Shown here one piece after another: positions 53,074 through 64,000 of a DNA stretch of 64,000 nucleotides. Below the pieces are notes generated by a model. That model did no database searches. It worked only from the letters and a program-made list of their open reading frames with translations, and had not been told where the DNA came from. This DNA comes from Mytilus edulis (lineage: Eukaryota), in the NCBI RefSeq assembly GCF_963676685.1, contig NC_092354.1, positions 74,152,001-74,216,000 of the forward strand, in the 5' to 3' direction. Made by a program: the position numbers and the translations under genes. How positions within the stretch are numbered: position 1 is the stretch's first letter; each line of letters starts with the position of its first letter.

Positions 53074-54998
53074 AAAACAATACGGAACTTTCATGACTTT
53101 AGCAGCTTATTTCCTCAGTTTACTTTATGAATATACGTTTTTTCAATGAAACAACTTTTGATTGATTCTGGTTTTTAAAGACACCATAAATACATATTGT
53201 GTTGGATAAGACATTACATGCGATACAATGTAGGAAATATTCTATGAAATTTCAATTCAATATAAGTAAATATTGCATAATTGATGTATACGTCAATGAA
53301 AAATGCAACAAAACAAAAATATATACAGAGATCGACACGGTTTTCAACATTGGCTATACGACTTATTGTTAATCATAACTCACGCCACTAGCAATAAATA
53401 AAGTCAAAACACTATCAAGAATAGTAACAGTTAGAACCATAACATATTCGCCAGGGAAGTTCGTAATCAAATATATCTGCACAGACAACAACTTGTTATG
53501 ATTGTCTGCCGATGTAACTTTATGATATTAAGGCAATAGAAATGGAAAGTGTTAATGTATTGGGTTGTATGGATTATATAACTTCATATTTGTTATGCAT
53601 TTAATGCTTGTGCATTGGCAATCTATCTTGATATGGAGACACCAATATACAATTTAATTGATGTTTTGCATGTGATGTTAAATTATCATCATATTAGGTT
53701 GATTTTGTTCTTTAATGTACAGTACTCTGATTGATATTGAAATGAAGCAACCAATGCATATCTCAATATTTCACTTCAATATTAGACGTTTGTCTTTTTC
53801 AAACTTATTTATAATGGCATCCATTAACTCTGGATCATATGCAATTTATCCTAAGGGTAATTTTATGAAAATTATGTTAATGATAACCTGAATGAATAAA
53901 ACAACCGAATAATTTCTTGCCTGACGCACACACTATGTGTATAGCCAAGTTAAAAACGTCATAGTATATTTTATTCATTCGCCTGTGTTTGTAGCAATGT
54001 ATCGTATAAAACTACCATAATATCTCAAAATGTTACGACTGAGTGTTGGTTGTTTGGAAACATTTTGGAAATCCAAGGGAAAATTGTATCGGGATTACAA
54101 GGTAAGCAAAAATTGGATTTCAAAATGATTCGTTATTTAGTCATTTATATCTCCGGACAACAATTACAAACGAAGCCTTTGATCGGAAACGCAATTAGAC
54201 AAAGACGCATTGCACTTATCCGGTCTGCCAATGATAAAGCATCGAACAAACATGAACACATACATCGTTTTAGTGTAATATTAAACTTAATTGATCACAC
54301 CATGTATTTAAAAGTTGAACGAATCTGAAAAACCAATCAAATGACCAATGTTATATTAAGGCATTGACTACTGAGGAAAATCCAATCATCAGGAAACACA
54401 AAAGTGGATTTGTATACATAACTTCAACGTGTCTCTCCTAGTATGAGTATTGTGCTATATCCTAATTCAATACAAGACCATATTTTGTGATACATCTCCG
54501 ACGTTTTCATACACCAGTTTTACTTTTGTTTTATTTTTCGAATAAAAGTTTATCTTAAAAAGCACATCGAACTGAACAAATGCAAAACAATTAAGTTGGT
54601 ATCTGCCCTCTTTAAACTACATTAAATATATTTATATTCGTACTTGCATTTACACCAGTACTTAATCATTGCTAATACGTTGTATGTCTTAGAAATAATG
54701 TGTATGTTGACAGTATTATTAACACTTTGATGATTGCTGCTTTATTTTAGAGCGTTAAATACTATTTACCCGATAACAATTCGAGCGGAAACTATGAAAC
54801 AAATTCCTTGGATAGACAAAGTGCCTTGCCGAAAGTCGCTAAAGGATTTCCTGTAAACAACATGTAGTGCGCTAAATCATCTCACATGTCTAGCAATTTA
54901 CTTAGGTTCATGTTTCTTTGTTATCAACAAAATGTGTCTTGTATATATTTCTGTAGGACTATTATTGAAATTAGCCCGTTGCTACTGTGCAGCCTAAT

Positions 54999-55123
54999 CA
55001 GGGGCGAATTCCTGCCATTTTAAAAGGGGGTTTCCAACTACATGTCCCCATTCAAATGCATTGATCGAAAGAAAAAAAAGGGGGTTCCTACCCCTAGAAC
55101 ATCCCCCCTTGGACCCGCGCCTG
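54999..55123. mobile_element. GC-rich MITE with a 5-bp TSD
   Basis: caggggcgaattcc / ggacccgcgcctg; TSD ctaat/ctaat. Confidence 0.7.
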
Positions 55124-57399
55124 CTAATGCGTACACTCGCAATTTAGTCTTATATTGAAGATCATAATACCATGCATTTGTCATTCCGATTTAATTTGAT
55201 TGAACAATATCATATTTAGGGGGCGCAATCTTCGGTTTACCGAACCACAACTAATGAAACCCGTGTTATTTCATGAGTATGGAATTTATAAGTGAGGGAC
55301 CTTCTAACAAATCAACACAAAAACAAACCTCTCACCTGAAATCCGGCTTATTTTGTCAAATAGTGTTATTCGGAAACGTACATAAAACCATTAATGTCTG
55401 GTGTCTACATTTGTGTAACGGCGGATGCGTAAATTTTATGTCATATTCATGCTATTGGTAAAGTTCAAAACACATAATCAATGTTTCTGTTTTATTTTTG
55501 TAGACTTATTATGTCGCAAGTATGCCACAACTTGAACGTATTTGCTTTATAATGGATATTACTGTGTCGAGTTGTTTTGATTAGGTTACCCTTATTTGCT
55601 ACAATATATATTTATCAAAGGGGTTATTACGTGCACAAATTATTTGAAGAACAAACTAAAAGACAAATGCATTTCAGTTAATTTGACAAAATACAGTTAA
55701 TTGATCTAACAATAAGGAAAACATATACAGTGATATGATTACTAACATTAATATTGATAAAAAAAATCCTCCAGTTTTTATTGGTTAAGTTCGTAACTAT
55801 TGTAAGATTCGTAAATGTGTCAATTGGCAAACGTAACATACATAGCAGAACAAGAACATGTTAATTGTATATGAGTATATCTTTCATTTACACCGCTATA
55901 CTGATTTTGTTATCATGGTAATGCTAAATAGTTTACACCTATAGTTGTTAATGTCTTTGTCATTTTGGTCTCTTGTGGACAGTTGTCTCATTGGCAATCA
56001 TACCACATCTTCTGTTTTATATTACACGATACCACATCATTGGGAGCCATATCAACCTTACCAAACACATGTTTTACTCCTAACCGACTAAGTGATGCCC
56101 GTATCCCTTAATGATATTTTTATACGCAAGAAACACAATAAATAAGTTATCAGATTCACCAAACGCGCAACCCACGGTAGTTTAGTAATAAAAAAAGCCT
56201 TATTTGATTGTGTTGAGAAATATTTGCTGATGCTCTAATTAATTTGACATAGATTAAAGTTGTGACAGATTAAACATATGGCTTTTTCTAACGAACTGGA
56301 CATTGGTGATAAATTATCGTTTTATGTTTGTGGTTATTTCAAAATGACAAATGTTATTAGAAGGTACATGTTCCATGTGGTCAATATAAAAAATCATAAA
56401 TCGTCGAAGTACCCTTTAAGAAAACTAGGTAGGATTAAAAGTAAGCATTGACCTTTAAATAGTATTTAGAAATTTGGACTTAATACATATAAAACTATGG
56501 TGCAAGAACCGTCCTGTCTTTCTACTTCCAATTAAACGGCGGCAATCAACTGTCGGATTATTCTGCCACTGTAACATATGGCCGATGATAAATTATATAT
56601 ATTGAGTTCAACAAACACTTTATTGGAGAAATTGTAAATGCCATTAAATAGAATTAGTACATATACATGATATATGTCATAGACCATTTTATGCTATGAA
56701 AAAGCTGTAGTTTAAAATGCTCTCATAATAGCATTGTTAGAAAAGTACCAATCTTATATATGGATATAGAGATCCTGTTTGATGATCGTTTGTTTTTACA
56801 TTGAAACTTGTCATTATATTTGAATATAGAGACCCTATTTGATGATTAATGGTTTGTTTTTTACAGTGAAAACAGCCTCGCGTTTTCCAAGTTTCAAATT
56901 GATGTCACAATCGAATGTTGTAACATGCAATTAATTATTGAGTTGTCAAATGTCAAATACAACAATGTTAGTTCCAATCCCAATTAATGTTATCTATTGG
57001 TAACTAATAGAACGTCGAATGTATTTGAATTAAGTATAATCAAAAGTGCAGTAGTGTGGTTGCTTTCAATTTGTTTTCAAACTGTTTTCATTTTCCTCGG
57101 CGATTTAGGGCTTTTCTAAGATAACCAATTTATTTGTACATATCTAATTTCTGATTGGATTGCATCTACTAGTAATTGAAGTAATGGATTATTTACCCAC
57201 CTGATTAGATTTTACATTAAAAAGTAATTACTGTGTAATTATGTTGTACACTTCAAATGATCTTTTGTGTAATTTGAAATTGATATTCAATGATTTTAAA
57301 GAAATACATTATAATAAGCATTACATTTGTCTCAGCTTTTTTAACATTGTAACATGGTATTTACGTGATTTAATTGGTGTACTTCTACATGTTCTTGCA

Positions 57400-57835
57400 C
57401 TATACCAGGTCGAACAAAAATTCGTACATACAAAACACGCCAGCAGAAACGAAAGACAATCATTACAAACACGCTGACGGATGTACACGTACCGAGCCAA
57501 GTCAAACGGACATCACAGAAAACAATCCAAACAGCAACAGCAATATTAATAATAGAAAAAAGATAAATAAAAGAACAATTTAACACGTTGCTAAGATGAT
57601 AAACAACGTCAATACGCAGAATGTATACATCAAAACCATCATGTATTTTTTGTGAAGTTGAAACGGAATATTTTTTCAACAAGGTCTTGGTACCTTCCGA
57701 TGAACTTTTTTTTGGAAAAAAAGGACGATACCTTCTTTGACATACCTTTGGTTCTACAACTTTTTGCTCCGACACTCATGACACCATTGCCGTTTTACAA
57801 AGTCTGAGTAGGAGCTGCAAGCTCTTGGAGTGTGC
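57400..57835 (-). mobile_element. Degenerate retroelement 3' fragment (Penelope-like RT C-terminal region)
   Basis: Minus-strand pieces RACSSYSDFVKR and KKFIGRYQDLVEKYSVSTSQKIHDGF (across frameshifts), related to the 32.9-kb and 61.8-kb remnants. Confidence 0.6.
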
Positions 57836-58659
57836 CGGCATAAGTTTTCCTCTGCCTCGCAATCAAACTATTGTCCTTGTTAATGTTGCGGCCATGTTTA
57901 AAAGAGTCTCTGTAAATAATGTTCAACATCCGAAAACAAACTTACAAACACCTTTAACTCACAAATGTGTTTTAGTTATTTCAAATTCATTAACAGTTGA
58001 ATAATTGCAACATTATCACGTTTTGTAAAACATTTAAAGGTAAAAAGACATTTCAAAATGGTCAAATATTTTTTGAATATTAACTTTTGAGGTTGAACAA
58101 ACGTTTTTAGCAATAAAACAAAAATAACAAAAAAGTTCAATAGTAACTGCTTTAGACATGAAATATCAATTATATGTTTAATTGAAGCATTCTGGTTTTT
58201 TCACCATCATGGGTTGCACAATGTTATGATCATTTTGGATTTTGACAACAATGTGTTACTACTATTCAATTCAACTTTGTATTCGACTTGGATTTCAAAC
58301 TTATATTATCATAAAACTATAGATGAATCTAGACAAAACGCGTATCTGGCGTCTAACAATGACATATTTGATGATTTTGAACAATCGAAGGTGAATGTAA
58401 AAAATCATAAAAAATGCACTACCATCATTGTTTAAAGTATAACAAAAAGCAATGGCTCCATATGTATTGATTACAAAGAAGGAAGTGTTGAATTATGGAC
58501 GTAATGTAGAAAGAAACTTGAATGCGCAAATCACTATTTATATTCACATCTTACAAAAAAATAAACACTTTAAAGTCAGTACATGTTTAATTTCTAGACC
58601 ACCAACGGAGTTTAATCAGACTTCTTACTCTACATATAAATTCTATTGAGAGAGTGAGA

Positions 58660-58759
58660 NNNNNNNNNNNNNNNNNNNNNNNNNNNNNNNNNNNNNNNNN
58701 NNNNNNNNNNNNNNNNNNNNNNNNNNNNNNNNNNNNNNNNNNNNNNNNNNNNNNNNNNN
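58660..58759. other. Assembly gap (100 N)
   Basis: Run of N. Confidence 1.
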
Positions 58760-59200
58760 AAGCGAGCCCGCTATGGCGACCTGATATTCGAGCTGATGAA
58801 GTCAGTATAAAAAAAAAAAAAAAGCGATCATTCTGTTTATCGACAATCTGTCTTGACTCTTTGTTTTTTTGTAAAGAATATGGATTAAAATGAATTAATT
58901 AGTAAAACTACTTTTACGCGTACAACACTTTGGGTTTCGTTGTTCGGTTGTACATTTGTATGACAGGAGTCGCGTGCATCTCATTGATACATAACCTATG
59001 TATATTTATTTTAAACCTCATACTATATAACAATAACTCATTATACACTGCACTTAGCGCCTTAATAAACCAATTATTTTGTTTTTCTGTTTTTTGTTGA
59101 TTACTGGTGTTAACGTATTTTCTTCAAGCTACTTCAGAATAGTTCGACAATAAGTAAATGAAATTGAGAATGGAAATGTCCATTTTTAAAAATATACTTA

Positions 59201-59960
59201 TTCGACTTAGTCTTTACCTTTAAGCAAGTTTGTGATTTCTGTTATCACGATAATCTATTTAAGAATAAATTCATAAAATTGCAGTGAATGCTCTCACTAA
59301 ATTCACTTTGGAACTATAGTTTTTCTTCAAACAAGTTCAGAATACTTTTCGAAAATTAGTAAATGTTTATTGTAAAAATCTTGTTCGACTAAGTCTTTAC
59401 CTTTGAGCAAGTTCGTGATTTCTGTTATCACGATTATCTTTTACAGAATAAATTCATTCATAAAATTGCAGTAAATGCTCTCACTAAATCCACTCTAGAA
59501 CTGACGTCAGTGTTCAGCCCTTGTATGACAATATAAAATAAACAATCATTTTAATCGGAAGTTAATACTGATAATTGTATGGGACGAACGTCAAGAGAAG
59601 CCAGTTCCTGTGGCGTTACAACTTATACTGTAATAACCAATACACGATTCATCGTATTCATCGTATTGTATTAGCAGAGACCAATATCCAGGAGAATTGT
59701 TTATATCAGCTGAACCGATCAACTTCTACAAAGTTTCATTTTTTGAATCAAATATATAACAGTTCTTATCTCTAAGATATTTAGATGTTTCGATCGCAAG
59801 GTGGATAAGTATTGGACATACATTAACATAGACCATATCCAGGAGAATCGTTAACATCAGCTGAACCAATCAACTTCTACAAAGTTTCATTATTTTGAAT
59901 CAGATATATAAAAGTTCTTATCTCTAAGATTTTAGTTGTTTCGATCGTAAGGTGGATATG
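59201..59960. repeat. Two adjacent local duplications (periods of about 182 bp and 150 bp)
   Basis: ttcgact..gtctttacctt..agcaagtt.gtgatttctgttatcacga occurs twice; atccaggagaat...cagctgaacc.atcaacttctacaaagtttcat occurs twice. Confidence 0.8.
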
Positions 59961-60439
59961 AATTGAGCTGTGTAATTAGTACTTTGAAATAATAGAAATT
60001 CGATTATATTTATCTTGTGTATGAACTTGTTAATCGGTTTGGATTTATATATTTAGATGTGATAAAAAAGTAATACATTAGCGTTATGGTGACGTACATA
60101 GTGGACGGTTTATTTGTGTATATATTCCGCATTTTAGATTCAACTGGACGTATTTAGATGCACATGTCATGACAGTATGACAATCGAATAATACTTCTGT
60201 TAGATTAAGCATCGAGGATTGTTCCAATGTATAATTAATTAACAAGTGTGCAGACAAGTTGCAAAAAAAAACCTCCTTATTATATAAAACATTATTATTA
60301 TTGGTAAAGTTTGATAGCAATACAAATATAAATTTTTTATGTGTTCATCGATATCTAAAAGAGAAACACTATTGACTTATTAAACTTGATCATACTGTAT
60401 TACAAGTGTTTTGTCTATGGACGTTTGACACAACAAAGA

Positions 60440-60553
60440 ATGGAAAGGATAACAGTAAACCGTTTCTCTTTCCGACGAAAGGGTAGCCATAAGAAAAAGG
60501 ATGAAGCCAAGGAAAACGCTTTTGATTTCAGTAAGATGACTCACTTGAGGTAG
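60440..60553 (+). CDS. Conserved small ORF or first exon, copy 3: MERITVNRFSFRRKGSHKKKDEAKENAFDFSKMTHLR*
   Basis: 37 codons then TAG (also readable as donor AG|gtagga); A at -3 and G at +4; TATATAAAA about 160 nt upstream. Confidence 0.85.
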   Translation: MERITVNRFSFRRKGSHKKKDEAKENAFDFSKMTHLR

Positions 60554-61740
60554 GACATTTTACTGTAATAAAACAATGAGTCAAATTATGTATGATCCAG
60601 CAATACTTATGATTAGGTGTGTAGAGTTTATATTTTTCGATTTTTAGAGAAAAACTTATCAAGTTGTTTTTACTTATGTTTCTAGTTACAAAGGGTGATT
60701 TTTTTTTGTTTTTGTCCGATTACTCATCAATGCAGTTTTCATGAAACTAAAGGATTTGTTAATATCTATTTACGTGAGATCCCATTTGATTGTTATACAT
60801 TTTAGGTTTTACGTTTCCGAATTATTGGTTTTTCATTCATAAAAAAATTATTTTCAGTTAACATACAATAACTTAAACTTACCTTAGCAATTTAAAAGAA
60901 ACTTTGGTTAATTGTTCACATCTATTGATGTGATGTCCCTTTCGATTTTTAATGAATTTGGGTTTTATTCTTCAAACAACGGGGCATACAATAACTCATT
61001 AACGCTTTGAACAGATATCTTAAAACTTCTGCGATTGTTTTACATCTACATGTATTGACATACGCTACCTTTCGATTTTTCTAAATGTTATATTATACCT
61101 TTTTCGAGTTATTGAATGTCATTCATAAAAGGGGGTGGTCGTGCAGTTTTCGGACAAAATGGTGTTGAGCAAAGAAAATTTTTGTGACTGGTCTATACCC
61201 AAAAAATATCCATCCTTCTTTTATTTCTGATTTGACATTAAAAAGATATGAAACTTTATTCTTTGAAAAAGTGAAGGGCGTATCATGTGCCCATGACGCA
61301 GCTCTTTATTGTTATCACATTGCTTTTATAAATGTAAAAATATTATATGTATAAATTTAGATGTATTTCTGTATGGTTTGATCTAATAGCCACACTCACA
61401 TGTAATGTGACCATAAAAACTACCACGATTTGCATTTAGAAGTCATGATACAAATACCCATATAATTAATATGAAATCGCAACTTAACAACATATTTATC
61501 TAAAAGAGATATGTGTATATGCATATTTAATTTTGCCTTAATCAACCAACGACGGGTGATGAATGTTTATTATTACTCATGTTCACATTTTCTTCTATAA
61601 GTTTAAAGTTTTAACATTGTTAAAAAAAAAAATTATTGTTTATTTGTTCGAGATGTATCGTCTTTAATTTGTTGTGATGATTCTTTCTGTGTGTCTAGGT
61701 TTTATTCTCATCTAGATCTGTGACTCCAATTTTACAATGC

Positions 61741-61940
61741 AACCAAATGATGATGTTGTTCGTAAAACACTTCAATGTCGTTACCTTTATAGCTAGGAAA
61801 CAGTGTTTTAGTATCTTCCTTGTTTGCAGAAATCTTCTATTAAGGAAACCATAAAAGGAAACGCATGCTCTAATTATCGTATTTCCTAGAGTTGTAAACT
61901 CAATAAGCAAGCATTCAAATTTGGATGAAGTCGCATCCAA
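61741..61940 (-). mobile_element. Highly degenerate retroelement coding remnant (Penelope-like)
   Basis: IIRACVSFYGFLNRRFLQTRKILKHCFL resembles the RACSSYSDF segment at about 57.8 kb. Confidence 0.45.
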
Positions 61941-62385
61941 ACGGCGATTCTGAGGTTATAGTTGTTTTATTTTTGATAAAATAAAGTAATTGAACATTTG
62001 TTGATCCAATCAATTCAAAATGTGGGGTCCCTCCTTAGTTACGTCTGATCAACTGTGGATTTGACGGTAACTTTATGCCAATAAAAACAATTGTTACATA
62101 AATATTGCATTAGAATTCGTGTTTATACAACTTTTACTTGAGTGACGTTATTACCCGTTTTAGTTTCAGACAAAGCATTAAATAAAAAGTTTGACCATTT
62201 CCACCTAGTATTGAATGCATTGTCAAAACAAGTAGAGAAAACAACCATTAGTATTGCTCTTTGAAATGTTTACTGACAGAAAGAACATATATCACACTAA
62301 ATTATTAAAAGTTTTATAAAGTAGCATTTACTGAGTAAATGCATATTGGTTTCAAAAAGTAATCTTTAAGGGTATGTGTATTTTT

Positions 62386-62529
62386 CAATGGCGGATCCAG
62401 GGGCGGGGGGCTGTGGTTGGAACCCCCCTTTTTGAGCACGCTTAATGCACGAACGGGATGTATGGTTGGAACCCCCCTTTTTATCCTGGGTTGGGAACCC
62501 CCTTTTTTGGAATTGCTGGATCGCCCCTG
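62386..62529. mobile_element. GC-rich MITE, same family as 23777
   Basis: caatggcggatccag / ctggatcgcccctg; flanks ttttt/ttttt; shared ggttggaacccccc core. Confidence 0.72.
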
Positions 62530-63221
62530 TTTTTAATGAAGTAAATTTTAACCAATGAGCAAGTTCAATGATTCATATAAACACGACATCATTAAATACA
62601 ATCAATATATACAATTGCAATAAATTCTTTAGTCTATGGCATTTTATAAATGGCAGCTCCATTATATTGGTCTTAAGAGACATTAAATTAAACATTAAAA
62701 CTTACTAAGAAGTCAACTGTATTATAGGGTGCCAGCGTACCAAGAAGTTAGCGGTTTTAATCGAGGTTAATTTTAATGCTGTAACATTTGATCGTGTTTT
62801 AGTTTTCTGTATAATTATTTAAATAAAGACATAATCAATCAAAGAAAAGTGTTTTAAACGATCCAAGCAGGTTAAAGTACCAGTTGTTGTTTTCGTTTAA
62901 TTCTGTGATTTTTCAAAGATCTTCATATAAGTCTAAATGATTGTAATGCGTTGAACAGTTGAATTCGTGGTTCATATTTGCCTACGAAATTCATGAAATT
63001 TGTATCTAATATATTATAGTGTTGTAACCTTTGATCATATGGTAGTTGTATGGGTATTTAGATAAAGACATGACCAATCAGACAAAACTTTTTGAAATAG
63101 ACGAACTAATCAAGTTAAAGTATTTGTATAACTAAAGATTCATTTACTTTCGTGTGTACCATTTGATATGGATAGAAAACTGTTTTCGTTAATATTTGAT
63201 TCTGTATCTTTCATATAATTT

Positions 63222-63366
63222 GTTTGGATCCTCAAAGCTCTTCCTTCAACTTTGTACTTGTTTGGCTTTATAAATATTTTGATATAAGCGTCACTGATGA
63301 GTCTTATGTAGACGAAACGCGCATCTGGCGTACTAAATTATAATCCTGGTACCTTTGATAACTATA
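63222..63366 (+). mobile_element. Retrozyme family B insertion with a TSD of about 16 bp
   Basis: Flanked by tatct(t)tcatataattt at 63205-63221 and 63367-63382. Confidence 0.8.
63288..63331 (+). ncRNA. Type I hammerhead ribozyme, family B (C-A mismatch in stem III)
   Basis: GCGUCA-CUGAUGA-GUCU(UAUGU)AGAC-GAAA-C(GCGC)A-UC^-UGGCGU. Confidence 0.75.
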
Positions 63367-64000
63367 TATCTTCATATAATTTATAAGTTGTAATTAGTTG
63401 AACAGGTGAATTCGTTGTTCAAATATACCAACGAAATTCACAAAATGTGTATCCCACGATTTGGAATGAATTCGCAGTAAAATCTCACCTGACTACCTCC
63501 GCAACTAGATTTGTTCTGATAGTTGACGTATTGATATTTAAATTTACGTCATATGTTCTCTGTTTATAGATATAGTTTATTGAAAACTATACCACATCTT
63601 CTTGTTTCTATATTTATCGTATTCAGAGCATTTTTAGTTTAGAACACATTCACGGTAGATTGTTCTGACGGTTCCAGATACTGGTTAACAATAGTCAGAA
63701 CTGACTCATATAGCAAATTGGTTGAAACTGAACGAATCAAGCTGAATATCCTCTATTATCTACAATAAGTTATACTCAGTTTTAGATCTCTCAGATATCT
63801 AGGAGTTAGTAATTGAAGTTTGTAATGTGTATTGAATATTCTATGAATACTTGAAAAATAAATATCAGATTGTGATATTTATTAGATTTTAATAGTTTTA
63901 GAAAAGCATAAACATATTAATAAAAGTCTTATGAGAGCGTATTGTTATGCGTTTACTTTTCTACATTGGCTAGAGGAATAGGGGAGGGTTGAGATCTCAT

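Noticed and set aside
52861-53130. Hydrophobic repeat ORFs
   Set aside because: Artefact of the 30-bp minisatellite
58318-58355. Hammerhead-like remnants (also near 49845 and 38296)
   Set aside because: Catalytic core or stems are broken; a complete ribozyme cannot be folded

Overview
AT-rich, repeat-dense eukaryotic DNA with GT-AG splice signals and a 100-N gap. The repeat families resemble those of a bivalve mollusc, probably a Mytilus-type mussel (inference). Almost all listed ORFs are spurious. Supported content: (1) a 274-codon terminal exon of a low-complexity S/N/Q/R-rich protein (10245-11069); (2) an orphan exon encoding a mitochondrial-presequence-like N-terminus (22523-22629); (3) three paralogous 37-41-codon small ORFs about 10 kb apart (40515, 51191, 60440), too short for the ORF track, with mostly synonymous differences. 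They are a candidate microprotein family or an array of alternative first exons; (4) hammerhead-ribozyme retrozymes of two families, including a 350-nt unit with two intact ribozymes interrupted by an L1/Tx1 LINE fragment; (5) many TEs (nested hAT-like > interspersed repeat > CACTA-like, a solo LTR, Penelope-like fragments, HINE-like elements, MITEs) and minisatellites.
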